A DNA stretch of 63,254 bases, filler included, from Octopus bimaculoides (GCF_001194135.2; 6 parts of 6 records of this genome joined end to end with filler, not necessarily neighbours in it), one strand, 5' to 3'; positions 11,626 to 22,687 are shown, numbered from the whole stretch's first letter. The notes: generated by a model from the letters alone, not told the origin. A program made the numbers and translations.

Positions 11626-11739
11626 GATTACTACTTGACATCCTGTTACTTGTCGTGATATATGTATATGTGTGTGTATGTGTATGTATGTATGTGTGTA
11701 TGTATGTATATGTTTGTCTTTATTTTTTCCACTGCCATC

Positions 11740-11915
11740 GCTTCACAAGCAGTCTTGGTTATATCCCCTGTAACGTAGCAATTCGGCATATGAGACTGAT
11801 AGAATAAGTACCAGACTCTCAAAAAATAGGTGTTGGTCTTGATTTGTTTGACTAAACCCTTCGAGGTACTGCTGCAATGTGGCCACAGTCCAATGCCTGA
11901 AACAAACCAAAGATT
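11740..11915 (+). mobile_element. SINE 3' half (family B tail), diverged
   Basis: Contains gatagaataagtaccag...gatttgtttgactaaa...gtggccacagtccaatgcctgaaac, homologous to the tails at 54230-54389 and 63080-63226. Confidence 0.65.
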
Positions 11916-12224
11916 AAAGACAAAATATACTAGTGGTCGTTGTTGTGTTTGTATTTGTTTTTGATCTTGTCCTTGATTTCGTTCTTTTTCTTTAAAAAAA
12001 TTCTCTCTTATTTTGTTTCATAAATCAGGTGTCGAACAAAAATATGAAAATAACAAATTCTATTCCTAGCTGGCATCGTTTTTATTTTACTGATATTGCT
12101 AATATCCTTGGTAACATCACATATCGTTCTGCTTTCTCCATCGTATGCAATTTATATAATGCTCCACAGTTTTAGAAACAAACTGTGTAAAAAAGAATTT
12201 CATCAATATCTTAATCATCCTTAA

Positions 12225-12437
12225 GACGGTGAGCCGGCGAAATCGTTACCGCTCCGGGCAAAATGCTTAGCGGCATTTCGTCCGTCTTTACATTCTGAGT
12301 TCAAATTCTGTCTCGGTCGTCTTTGTCCTTCATGTTTTAGGGGGTCGATAAAATAAGTACCAGTTGAGCACTGAAGTTGATGTAATCAACTTATCCCATC
12401 CCTGGAAAATACTGGCCCTGTGACAAGTTTGAAACTA
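12225..12437 (+). mobile_element. tRNA-derived SINE (family A), ending about 30 nt before the exon 3 acceptor
   Basis: Homologous to 510-712; B-box gagttcaaattc and body gggtcgataaaataagtaccag. Confidence 0.75.
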
Positions 12438-12469
12438 ATATTTTAATCACCCTAATTTTCTTCTTGCAG

Positions 12470-12633
12470 ATGCAACTCGTTTTATTGCTGGTCAAGAGCT
12501 TGCTGCTTCGTCAACAGTACTCGCAGAAGGCAGTGCTGTAACCTATTTCAAATTGAATTCTGATTTCCAGTGGGATGGTGTGTTAGTTGGCTGGGAGCTG
12601 AAAGGTTCCATGGCAGGAAATATAAAATTATTG
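12470..12633 (+). CDS. PKD1: Polycystin-1-like gene, exon 3 (too short for the ORF track)
   Basis: Acceptor ttttcttcttgcag (AG 12468-12469) and donor GTAGGT at 12634; phase 1 in, phase 0 out. Encodes DATRFIAGQELAASSTVLAEGSAVTYFKLNSDFQWDGVLVGWELKGSMAGNIKLL. Confidence 0.85.
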
Positions 12634-12859
12634 GTAGGTTTTCTTCTACATATAATTTTATGTTTGTGTGTGCATGTACATGCGTAAGTGTGCATGTATA
12701 TATACATATACACATATATATGTATTTGTATGTACGTATGTATACATACATCCATGCATACATACGTGCATAAAAAAATACACACACACATATATAGGAG
12801 AAGAAAATGGATATAATAACAATGGGAATCTCGTGGGTTTCGTTGGTATGTCTTTAATT

Positions 12860-13885
12860 TAATTAGATAACAAAGAAGGAAGAAGCAGAGATGAGGGTAG
12901 CATTTACGATCGTTTCAATTTACTGGTTTAAGTAAATCTCTTCAGAATATAGATAGATGCATCTGTAAGGATGCGAAAATAATTGATACATATGTGATGG
13001 TAATGTAAACTAAATGGTAATTCTTACATTAAATTTTTGTTCTTGCGCTGGTAAATTCGCTGGGTAGAGGTTTGCTTGTGGTAGATTGGTTAGTTTCGTT
13101 GGGTAATTAGGGCGGGGTGAGTATTATTTAGGTGCGGGTTTCCTAGTTTAATTAAGCACATTTTTCCACGTGTGTATTCCGTTTTACACTGGCGGTGTAA
13201 GTGAAGGGGGTAACTCTAGCAGGGTGAAAAGGGAGCTAACTCATACCAAATATTGGGTGGTTTGAAAATGTTACGGCTAATAATTGTCTTATTATTAGAG
13301 TTTAGGAAGTTCTTAGTGCTAGGCGGGGCTCCATGTATTTGCAAAGTGTATTATTATGGAATATTTGGGGCGAGTGAGTTTGTGGGGTGACTATCCGTGT
13401 GTTTAATGTGTCACCCAGTTAATTAGACTTGTATAATGAGTATTCTTGTTTGGCATTATGAAGGCATAGAGGCCTGCATGAAAATAAGAAAGGCTATTCT
13501 GCCGGTATTTCGAAAGTACATAGAGGCTCACGTGAAGACAAAAAAAGTTGTTCTCAAATTTCCTGTTGAGAAGGATTTGCTTAGCCGTAAGTATAGCTAG
13601 GCGTTCTGATAGGTGTTGTAGGAGGTTGTTTTTGTGAGTATACGCAAGGTTAAGCTAAAATCTATTATTTTTATCCTTAAAGTCCCAAATGTATGCACTT
13701 AGCCCTGTTGAGTTAGCCTTATTCCTGTTTCTGAAGATGGATAGATGCGTATTATATCTGAGAATCATTTGGTTCTTAGTTGGACCTATGTATGATTTCT
13801 GGTTGTTTGTGCGGATGTCACATTGGTAAACTATGTTATTTGTCTTACATCTATATGAGAAATGGAACTTTGTTCTATATATGTA
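12860..13885 (-). mobile_element. PLE 3' fragment: GIY-YIG, 3' region and terminal hammerhead
   Basis: Encodes NIVYQCDIRTNNQKSYIGPTKNQMILRYNTHLSIFRNRNKANSTGLSAYIWDFKDKN, then LSERLAILTAKQILLNRKFENNFFCLH. A hammerhead lies at 12901-12949. Confidence 0.85.
12901..12949 (-). ncRNA. Minimal type I hammerhead ribozyme with an intact core
   Basis: The minus strand reads tatt-CTGAAGA-gatttact-taaacc-agtaaatt-GAAAC-GATC-GTA-aatg. That gives a 4-bp stem I, an 8-bp stem II, a 2-bp stem III with a palindromic GATC loop and a GUA cleavage triplet. Confidence 0.82.
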
Positions 13886-13891
13886 CACACA

Positions 13892-13943
<52 letters not shown>

Positions 13944-14039
13944 GAAGTATATGAAAAAAGAAAATGAATGACTTCACTGGTAGTTCTAATCAGTTTAATT
14001 TATTATTTTTTTATTTCTTAATAATATAAAATATATCTG

Positions 14040-14200
14040 CAACTAACATCCCTTTACTGCTTACTTCCTCCAAAAGAATTTTAAAGTTTTCCTTCCTTCT
14101 TGTAGTTCTTAAGGCCACATAAAGCTCGCCATCACTAAATTCGGGAGCTGGCAAGTAAATACCAACTTTTCGAAGCGACATTTCCTTTCATTTGCGCTCT
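14040..14200 (-). pseudogene. PIF1-family helicase C-terminal remnant (Helitron-like)
   Basis: Minus-strand peptide SLRKVGIYLPAPEFSDGELYVALRTTRRKENFKILL resembles the Helitron/PIF1 motif KVGIYLxxPVFSHGQLYVALSR. Confidence 0.55.
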
Positions 14201-15534
14201 CCATTACTGAAACCAATCTAAACTCTGACGACTTAAAGCCACTAAAAGCAGTCCCTGATTTATAGTTGATGTAAAAACTCCCCATTCAAAATTTCTCGGG
14301 GAGTCTTTAAGCTTTGATAAAGATCAAAAGAACAGTTTATGTCAGGGAAATTTCAGTCCAAGCGCTATAAAAATTCTTGGTCTGGAAGTGCTTTCCAGAG
14401 TATTGCTAGTTCGAGATGAGCTCTAATAACATGGAACTGTCTTCAACCAGACCTGTCTAATATATACGCAGATTGAAAAATTATTTTGAATGCATGTATT
14501 CAGTGTTTGAGCATTAATGACATATTCGTATGTAAAGATGGGTTTGACTATCAACTAAATCTATTACCCCACCGTCTTCCTTGGATTGGGAACAGCGTGT
14601 GATTTTCTGGTTGCTATGGTGAAAGAAGTTATGAGATGGGCAGGTTTAAATGGACTTACATCAAACACAAATTCGTTAATCAACATTCTCAACTTAACTT
14701 GTTGATGAAAGTCAAAGTGAAGAGGGAGGCACTATCTTCCAATTACATTGTTGAAAGGTTGGTAAATGTAGCGAGTATCACTTGGTGGATGGTTATAGTT
14801 GGAAAACATAAAAAGGAGAGTGTACATGTCCTTAGTAGTCGGGACAATACTGGATCTGTGAGGTTCCTTGATTGGCTTTAGGTGATTGTCTTTCTTGAAT
14901 AACTCATTCAAAACACCTTTTGTATATTGTCTACCTACCTATTTATCATAATTCATTCTGCATAACCCTTCCCTCCATCATTTTGTAATTTTCCCTTATG
15001 ACAGCCCCTCATCTGCTGCTCTTGTGGCAAAAAATAAACAATATAGTTAATATCACTTTTTATACTGAAAGTCAAATTCCCGCCAAGTTCGAATTTACTT
15101 TTTATCTTAATAGAAGTAATAAAATACCTTAAGTTCATGGTGAACCGAGCAGATATCTTTCCAAAGTTTCATTTCACAGCAATAATATATATGATTTTAA
15201 ACATGTAATTATACTTCAGTTCATCAATTTTCTAAAAACAAAATCCTCGCTTAGTTAATGTTTTATTAAAAATGTACATAAATATGTAATTACCTCTGTT
15301 TTCACTTTCGTTCCCCTGCAAAAATGGTGATTCACGTTAATTGAGAATTTTTTTTCCGTACGGCATTCAGTACATCCGTTCTTAACTTATCATATACATA
15401 TGTATATTTCAAACTTGAATGCCGGTGTGCATGGCTGCGAAATATAATATATATTTAAGCTGAATTATTACTATTATTACTATTAATATATAAATTTTGA
15501 ATAACACCAATTTTTATTTATGTTAATTTCAAAG

Positions 15535-15774
15535 GTTCTTAAGCCCGATTGTCCCTCCACGTATTGTTACGCTACACACCACTGTGGGAATTGCGTTGAA
15601 GGAATGGCAGAGGAATGTAACTCTAACAAATATTGCCTGGCGTCGAATTTGTGTGACAATCAAACTGCATCCAGTAAACCAAAACCTGATACTCTGTCAT
15701 ATCAAGTGATCTCTGCCAAATCAGTTGCTATTACAACTGGGTACAACTACATTAAAGTGGATGAAATAGTAACG
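15535..15774 (+). CDS. PKD1: Polycystin-1-like gene, exon 4 (Cys-rich region)
   Basis: Acceptor aatttcaaag (AG 15533-15534) and donor GTAAGA at 15775; phase 0/0, 80 codons. Encodes VLKPDCPSTYCYATHHCGNC...CNSNKYCLASNLCDN...GYNYIKVDEIVT. Confidence 0.87.
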
Positions 15775-16078
15775 GTAAGACCTTGTTTATTCATGTGATT
15801 TGCAATAGACTCAAATTTTAAAAAATAAGACTATTATAAGGTGCAGAGGAATAATGTAAGCGACATTATCTATCGTGTATATATATATATATATATATAT
15901 ATTTATTTATGTGTTTCAGCCAAGTGGCTGCGGTCATGCTGGTGCATATATATATATGTGCGTGTGTGTGTGTGTGCGTGCGTATTCTCCTGCCTATATT
16001 CTTCTATCTACTGTTTTATTATTTTATTCCTTTATAAACTGTGAATTCCCTGTCTAGAACTTTCATAGATACTCACCT

Positions 16079-16156
16079 TGTTTCTGATGACGGAATACCC
16101 TGTGTATAGAGATGCTAACCTATTACTTGGGATATCTCAGAAACAGCTGTAAGATA
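16079..16156 (+). ncRNA. Type I hammerhead-like ribozyme with a long stem II
   Basis: tgttt-CTGATGA-(49-nt imperfect hairpin)-GAAAC-AGCT-GTA-agata. The core is intact and the AGCT loop is palindromic; stem I has 2 G-U pairs and stem II is degenerate. Confidence 0.65.
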
Positions 16157-16219
16157 TCCAATAGTTAATTAATTAACTAACTAATTAATTAATTAATTAC
16201 TTCAAATTCACCTTACTCT

Positions 16220-17042
16220 AATTGAATATTCTAAATGACTTGAGATACTCGTCCTGCCTTGGTGTTTCTTGTCCTTTTTCCTATTCCCTAATCCCTCCTC
16301 CCAGGCTGACTTGTTCCTCTGCTCCGTACTTGCCCTTACTACTCCAACATCACCACCCTCATAGGCACCCATCATCGTCCCTATCATATCCCGACTCCTT
16401 TACTTGACCTTCTAGCAATGTCATTTTCTGCATCACCTGCTCTTTCTGCCCTTCTCCGTACATCAGTCAAACGAGACACCGCTTGGCTGACCGGTTTGCG
16501 GAGCACCTCCATGGCATTAGACTCAGCAATGAAACCCCTCCTCTCTTCACCTGACACCTACTTCCTCTCTTCACTCCTGCCCACCTTCTCTCTTCATTGA
16601 CACCCCAACACCCTATCCTCCCACCCCACCCACATTCCTACCCACCCTACCCCACTGCCCCACCACTCCACACACGAGCACCGACCACTTCCCAGCACCC
16701 ACATCAAACACCATCATCCCCACATCCCCACACCCACACAATCTTCAATAGCGTCATCATACATACCACTATATGAGCAACCACACGTTTTTACACACCC
16801 ACACACATCAAAGTCACTAGCCCTTATCCACACACAAACATACACACACATTCTCACATAAACACACGTGCACGTGCACCTTCGTTTTGGGATCACCAAT
16901 ACTTTATTATCTCACCTTCTTTCAAACTCTTTTTCTAATCAGTCGCCATGCTTGACCGCTAAACCCACAAGTCTTTTTTTTTTACTCTCTCTCTGTTTAT
17001 TTTCTCTTATATCTTCCTGCTGGAGAGCGTAGGTTCGAACGG

Positions 17043-17045
<3 letters not shown>
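16220..17045 (+). mobile_element. PLE GIY-YIG fragment and 3' region (Cys-rich linker, Neptune-like)
   Basis: RTCPYYSNITT... then DSFT*PSSNVIFCITCSFCPSPYISQTRHRLADRFAEHLHGIR, followed by a C-rich 3' region. It ends in a decayed hammerhead-like motif at 17012-17045. Confidence 0.8.
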
Positions 17046-17107
<62 letters not shown>

Positions 17108-17360
17108 CATACATATATATACACACACAGGTGCAATAAGTAAATTGTTGAGTTTTTTATTTTTTATTTCGCGCATGCGTATTGTTTGCTTTTGATTTTG
17201 TTGATTACTCAGTATAGTAGGGTCAGTTGGGCATCGTTTGTGAGAAAAACAGTACCATGACGCAATTCACTCTGCCTAAAATTTGGAAACGATATGTTGT
17301 TCTGTTTGGCATTTGCATCGGGAGCTCTAATACGAACATTTCAGAGTATACATATAAATA

Positions 17361-17510
17361 TATATATATCACTTTTTCCCCCTCTCGTTCTTCCTCTCTT
17401 ACTACTACGTATCTCTCTTTACCCCTCTCATTCTTCCTTCTGTTACTACTATATCTCTCTCTTCCCCCCTCGTACTTCCTTCTGTTACTACTATATTCCT
17501 CTCTTTCTCT
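17361..17510. repeat. ~42-bp pyrimidine-rich tandem repeat, about 3 copies
   Basis: Unit approximately ctctctttacccctctcattcttccttctgttactactatat. Confidence 0.7.
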
Positions 17511-18339
17511 CGTTGCTCACCTATTCTTCTACTTCCTCCCTTTGTTTCTCCCTCTACCACACACTCTCTCTCTCCCTCACCCCTGCATGGTCACAAGCTT
17601 CCGGTCAATAATCCTTTTCTTCCTTGGCTATCGCCGAGCAAACACGCGAACTTACTTCGTCCCCACTTTCAAGTTCGTGCCTCACAGCGTTCATATACAC
17701 ATAATTTTTCACGTCTGGCCGCATGGCCTTTTCCGTTTGTTTTCCTGTCTTGTTTTTTGTCCGCCACTACATTCCTCCATGGCACAGGTTTAATTTGTGT
17801 ATACAAATTTAATTTGCGGTCCATGNNNNNNNNNNNNNNNNNNNNNNNNNNNNNNNNNNNNNNNNNNNNNNNNNNNNNNNNNNNNNNNNNNNNNNNNNNN
17901 NNNNNNNNNNNNNNNNNNNNNNNNNNNNNNNNNNNNNNNNNNNNNNNNNNNNNNNNNNNNNNNNNNNNNNNNNNNNNNNNNNNNNNNNNNNNNNNNNNNN
18001 NNNNNNNNNNNNNNNNNNNNNNNNNNNNNNNNNNNNNNNNNNNNNNNNNNNNNNNNNNNNNNNNNNNNNNNNNNNNNNNNNNNNNNNNNNNNNNNNNNNN
18101 NNNNNNNNNNNNNNNNNNNNNNNNNNNNNNNNNNNNNNNNNNNNNNNNNNNNNNNNNNNNNNNNNNNNNNNNNNNNNNNNNNNNNNNNNNNNNNNNNNNN
18201 NNNNNNNNNNNNNNNNNNNNNNNNNNNNNNNNNNNNNNNNNNNNNNNNNNNNNNNNNNNNNNNNNNNNNNNNNNNNNNNNNNNNNNNNNNNNNNNNNNNN
18301 NNNNNNNNNNNNNNNNNNNNNNNNNNNNNNNNNNNNNGT

Positions 18340-18595
18340 GTTCAGATTGTCTTTGCACAGAGGCCATCCAGACTCCTGCCTTTGCCGTGAACAAGAATTA
18401 ATATTCTCTTCGCTCCTTTGCGTCACATGGGATCAACTCCCCTCCCCTCTTCATCTGACTCGCCTCCTCTCATGTCTTCATCTGTCACCTACTTCCTCTC
18501 TTCACTCCTACCCACTTTCTCCCTTCATTTATACTCCTTCCATCCACACCCCACCTCCACACATCCCACTCCCACACACCCCACCCCTACCGCAC
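18340..18595 (+). mobile_element. Second copy of the Neptune-like PLE (GIY-YIG C-terminus and 3' region)
   Basis: LHRGHPDSCLCREQELIFS / RSFASHGINS across a frameshift. The downstream acctacttcctctcttcactcct matches the copy at about 16555-16580. Confidence 0.7.
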
Positions 18596-18774
18596 TAGCT
18601 TTAGGGTTTTGGGGTTAGGGTTAGGATAGTTTTGCCAAATTTGGTAAAAATCTGTTCAATACACCGCCACAAATTTTTCACCAAATTTGGCCAAAATACT
18701 CATAACCCTAACCCTAACCCTAGCCCTAACCCTAACCCTAAAACCCTAACCCCAATCCTAAAACCCTAAAGCTA
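18596..18774. repeat. Foldback with TTAGGG/CCCTAA telomere-like arms
   Basis: Perfect 15-bp outer inverted repeat tagctttagggtttt/aaaaccctaaagcta, TTAGGG units on the left and CCCTAA units on the right. There is also an inner inverted repeat containing ccaaatttgg. Confidence 0.85.
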
Positions 18775-19132
18775 AAACCAGTACAAACGCACGAACGATG
18801 TCATAAATAACAGTACCACCGATAGTTGTTGTTGACAAACAACGGCAGTAATTTTATTCAAGGGAAAAGATCCCATTACACCGCCACAACGTGTTGTTGA
18901 CAAACCACAGCAGTAATTGTTTTCACCTCAATAGACGTCAGTGATTGGTTGAAATTACCGAAATACGACAACTTTTAACATGAAATAACTTCGAATATAA
19001 AAATTTTTCTCTGTTCTATAAGACAAAATATGCAAGTATACCAAGTTTTAAAGTGTTTCGGTAGAAAACACACTAAATAAAAAATGGTGTCGGCCAAATC
19101 AGAAAGATCCATATATTTAAATTCTCAAACGC

Positions 19133-19247
19133 AGGATAATGCTAATAATATAGCCTGAACAGGATAAACTACAGCTGGCCGCCAACACTTTTTTCTGCAA
19201 AATAGTGGTAGTTTATCCTGTTCAGGCTATATTATTAGCATTATCCT
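19133..19247. repeat. Perfect 40-bp inverted repeat with a 35-nt loop
   Basis: aggataatgctaataatatagcctgaacaggataaactac (19133-19172) is the exact reverse complement of 19208-19247. Confidence 0.95.
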
Positions 19248-20408
19248 TTAACTTTCTAAGACACCTCAACGCTTCTAAAGCAAACTTCGTTTGTTTGTTT
19301 ACTTTCATCGTAATTTGAATTTATATATCAGCATGACCGCAGCCACTTGGCTGAAACACATAAATAAATAAATAAATATATATATNNNNNNNNNNNNNNN
19401 NNNNNNNNNNNNNNNNNNNNNNNNNNNNNNNNNNNNNNNNNNNNNNNNNNNNNNNNNNNNNNNNNNNNNNNNNNNNNNNNNNNNNNNNNNNNNNNNNNNN
19501 NNNNNNNNNNNNNNNNNNNNNNNNNNNNNNNNNNNNNNNNNNNNNNNNNNNNNNNNNNNNNNNNNNNNNNNNNNNNNNNNNNNNNNNNNNNNNNNNNNNN
19601 NNNNNNNNNNNNNNNNNNNNNNNNNNNNNNNNNNNNNNNNTATATATTATTCAATGCCTTCAGAGTTAAATAAGAGAGTAGGGCGCAGGTCTAAAAGCAT
19701 CCATCTATTTAGTTTTAGTTTCATCTCTCCAAATTCAGAGTTCATATCATAACGCATTGAATTTTAACAACTATTTCGTCATCTTTAAACTATTTTGCTG
19801 CATAACGCTAAGATGGATTTGTTTTGAAACGTTTCTAGGATTTTCTATCAGGAATACATTGGAGTGGATTTCTGTTATTGTATTTGAGTCCTCAAAACTT
19901 ACAGTCTTAAAATTTTAAATTAACAATATGTCTATCAATTACACAGCGACTTTTACTTTTAGTAGTAAGTCGCACCTATCTGTATTCTCTTTAACAGCCC
20001 CGTTGACTGCTTGGGAACTGTTCAGGACGTGAGTCATCGATCCTTTGACTGGTATCTATTCGACCACCTTCAGCTCCGATACTGAATCGAGGAATTCTGT
20101 TGCTTCCACAAGCCATAATATTCCCTTATGTCAAAACCATAGTTAATGAGATCACGTATTCAAAAACAGGGTTATGGTGATTCAATTCTTTGAATCTCTT
20201 CGACACAGTATAGCTGAGACACACCAATAAATTGATACAAAAATTGGTAAAAATTTTCACAATTTTTGGAGGTGGGATACGCCCTCAAAATACTGCATAC
20301 AATCTTCCAGCCACCGGAAGATTACCTTGCAGTTGAGCTTCACTTAGTTCGCCACGCTGCAAACCAGCGTCGTGACCTCCTTCAGTGTGAAGAAAAACAC
20401 TGACAACA

Positions 20409-21874
20409 ACGCATGCGCAGAAGCAAGCTTCTTTATTTCTTTTAAATTGCCATAAAGGCATTACACAGAGGGGGACACTACAACACATGTGGGGACATAT
20501 AACAATTAAAAATATAAAAATAAAATATGTTATAATGAATGACACATGAAAATGAACATGAAAAACAAGTTAAAATATGATAACATGAATGATATCTGAA
20601 AATGATATTATGAAGAGTGTGCTACTCATCCCACACTGAATAACATCACTCGCCTCTCTGGGTCCTAATTATTTTTCTCCTTCAGTCCAATCCTTTTTCC
20701 CCTTTCTCTATCACTTAGTGACATCATTCTCTCTGCCATGCATTCGTAACCTTTTTCACCGGGGGCGGGGTTCTTCTAAATTTTGTGGTGTCTGTTCTTT
20801 CTTTTTCTTTTTTCTTTTCATGTGAGAAAACGGGGTGGGTGGGTTTGGTGTATGTATAGGGGGTCTGAGTGGTCTTGGGTGGGATGGAGTTGGACTGGGG
20901 TACCACATCACACTCAGAGTTTTTTCTTTTTCTCCTGCTTTCTGTAACTTTCTATTCTTCCTCCTTTTCCTCCGTCTGTCTTTTCTTCCTCTCTTTTCTT
21001 TTCCGTCTCCACAACTGTTTCTTCAGCCATTGTCCTCTGTAGAGGGCAGTATGCTCTAATGTGGCCCTTTTGGCCACATTTAAAACAACGTGGTACTCTG
21101 CCCTCTACCCACACCCTCAGCACGATTTCCTCCAACGTCACTGTCTCTGACAAGTTCTCCAGTTGATCCTCCTCCGTCTGAATAATGAGTTCAAGTGTTT
21201 TTCCTTTCCACCCTCCCTCTTCCGTTTCTGTGGATTGGAGCACAGCCACTTTCTCCTCACTTCCAACAAGGACAGCTGCCGCTACTCAAGCCACTTCTAT
21301 ATCCGGTGGAATTGCTTCTACCCTCACCTTGGAAGACTTTCTTCCAAGGTATGTGGGCAGAAGCACTACTTCCTCTGTTTTGACCGCTACACTCGCCAGC
21401 CTCCTCTACTGTCCTAAATCGGACGACCATTGTCTCATATCTTCTTCCTTTGGTTATGTACGTTATCTCCTTTGGTCGTTCCCTCAGCGTCTTTTCCACT
21501 TCTGTCTCCACCTGTTCTGCCTTTTTCCTTTCAACGAATACACCTTATAGGTGATCGTTTTCTTCTCCATCCTCTCCATCATTCCTTTGGGGAGCGACAA
21601 CTTCACGTCGCCACCCACCTTCTGAGCCATTTTCTCATACTCCTTCAAACCAGCCAAGTCCAGCTCCCTTCGCTTCACCTCCGGGGCTTCAGCAAAACTC
21701 CTTGTCTTTAACACTCTGTCCATCTTTATGACCACCCTTTCCAGCTCCTCCTCCTCCGACGACAACTCAGACCGTCAAAGTTTGAGTACATCTAAGCAAC
21801 ACAAAAAACTACGTCCGACTCTTGCAAAATCCAGAGAGCAAATAACCTGACGCATACACAAAAGCAAGCTTCTT
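20409..21874 (-). mobile_element. Zinc-knuckle ORF1/gag-only retroelement, frameshifted
   Basis: ORF pieces 21765-21484, 21511-21257 and 21249-20914 overlap. The last contains CFKCGQKGHIRAYC (CX2CX4HX4C). No RT follows, there is an AATAAA at 20437-20432, and a 25-nt direct repeat bounds both ends. Confidence 0.7.
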
Positions 21875-22314
21875 ACTACATAACCGCGCCTGCGCAAATA
21901 TATTTAATTTTCTTTCAGATAAAATCAAATTGACTGTAGTGATAAATATATTTAAAGCTTTTCATGAGTTTTGTTTGTGTCATGAAATCTAAGACTCTCA
22001 TAGAAAAGTCTGTTAATGATTTAAGTTTGAGAATGCATTCACATTTTATTTGCTAGAGGTCTTCTCTTATATGTTGTATCATTTTACGCAATATAAATTG
22101 TGTCAAAATGGTCTGAAAATTCCTTCTATTATAATACCATTATTCTTTGAATTCATTATTAAAGTGCTTTCTAAAAGAGAGGCTATGTTGTTTTTATAAT
22201 CTTCATTGGTTTGTTTATGATTGGAAGTTAGATACTTTCAGAACATTTCTGATTATGATTTTTATATTTAATTTTTGTACTATATTAATACCTATATACA
22301 TTATTTTATTCAAG

Positions 22315-22687
22315 ATTAAAGCTGGCTACATCATCGGATTCGAGAAAGGGACAGGCCAAATTGATGCGACAACACATAGCGATACAGATAAATACATAGG
22401 AGCCACCACAAGTGAAGGGAGCGTACATACAGTTCAAAGTATGACTAACAGTGGCGGCAGCCATTTATTGAAAGGAATTGCTTCTCGTACTTCAGTACTA
22501 TCCTTAAACCATATCTATACTGAAACCAAGGATGTTGAGATACAAGTGATAGTGACTGGTAAAGAAAACAGTGAGAACGCTACCAAACTGTTGATGATAC
22601 AAGAAGGAATTGACAAAATTATTATCAACTCAACTGAATTTAAAGCGACACAAGTTGAAGAAACATTCGAGATACTGCCGCATACAG
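22315..22687 (+). CDS. PKD1: Polycystin-1-like gene, exon 5
   Basis: Acceptor ttttattcaag (AG 22313-22314) and donor GTAAAT at 22688; phase 0 in, phase 1 out. Encodes IKAGYIIGFEKG...HIYTETKDVEIQVIVTGKENSENATKLLMIQEGI...EILPHT. Confidence 0.87.

Noticed and set aside
22147-22314. Hydrophobic N-terminal extensions of the track ORFs upstream of exon 5 (and 25636-25810 upstream of exon 6)
   Set aside because: These are intronic AT-rich read-through. The true exon starts are defined by the acceptors and phase continuity.
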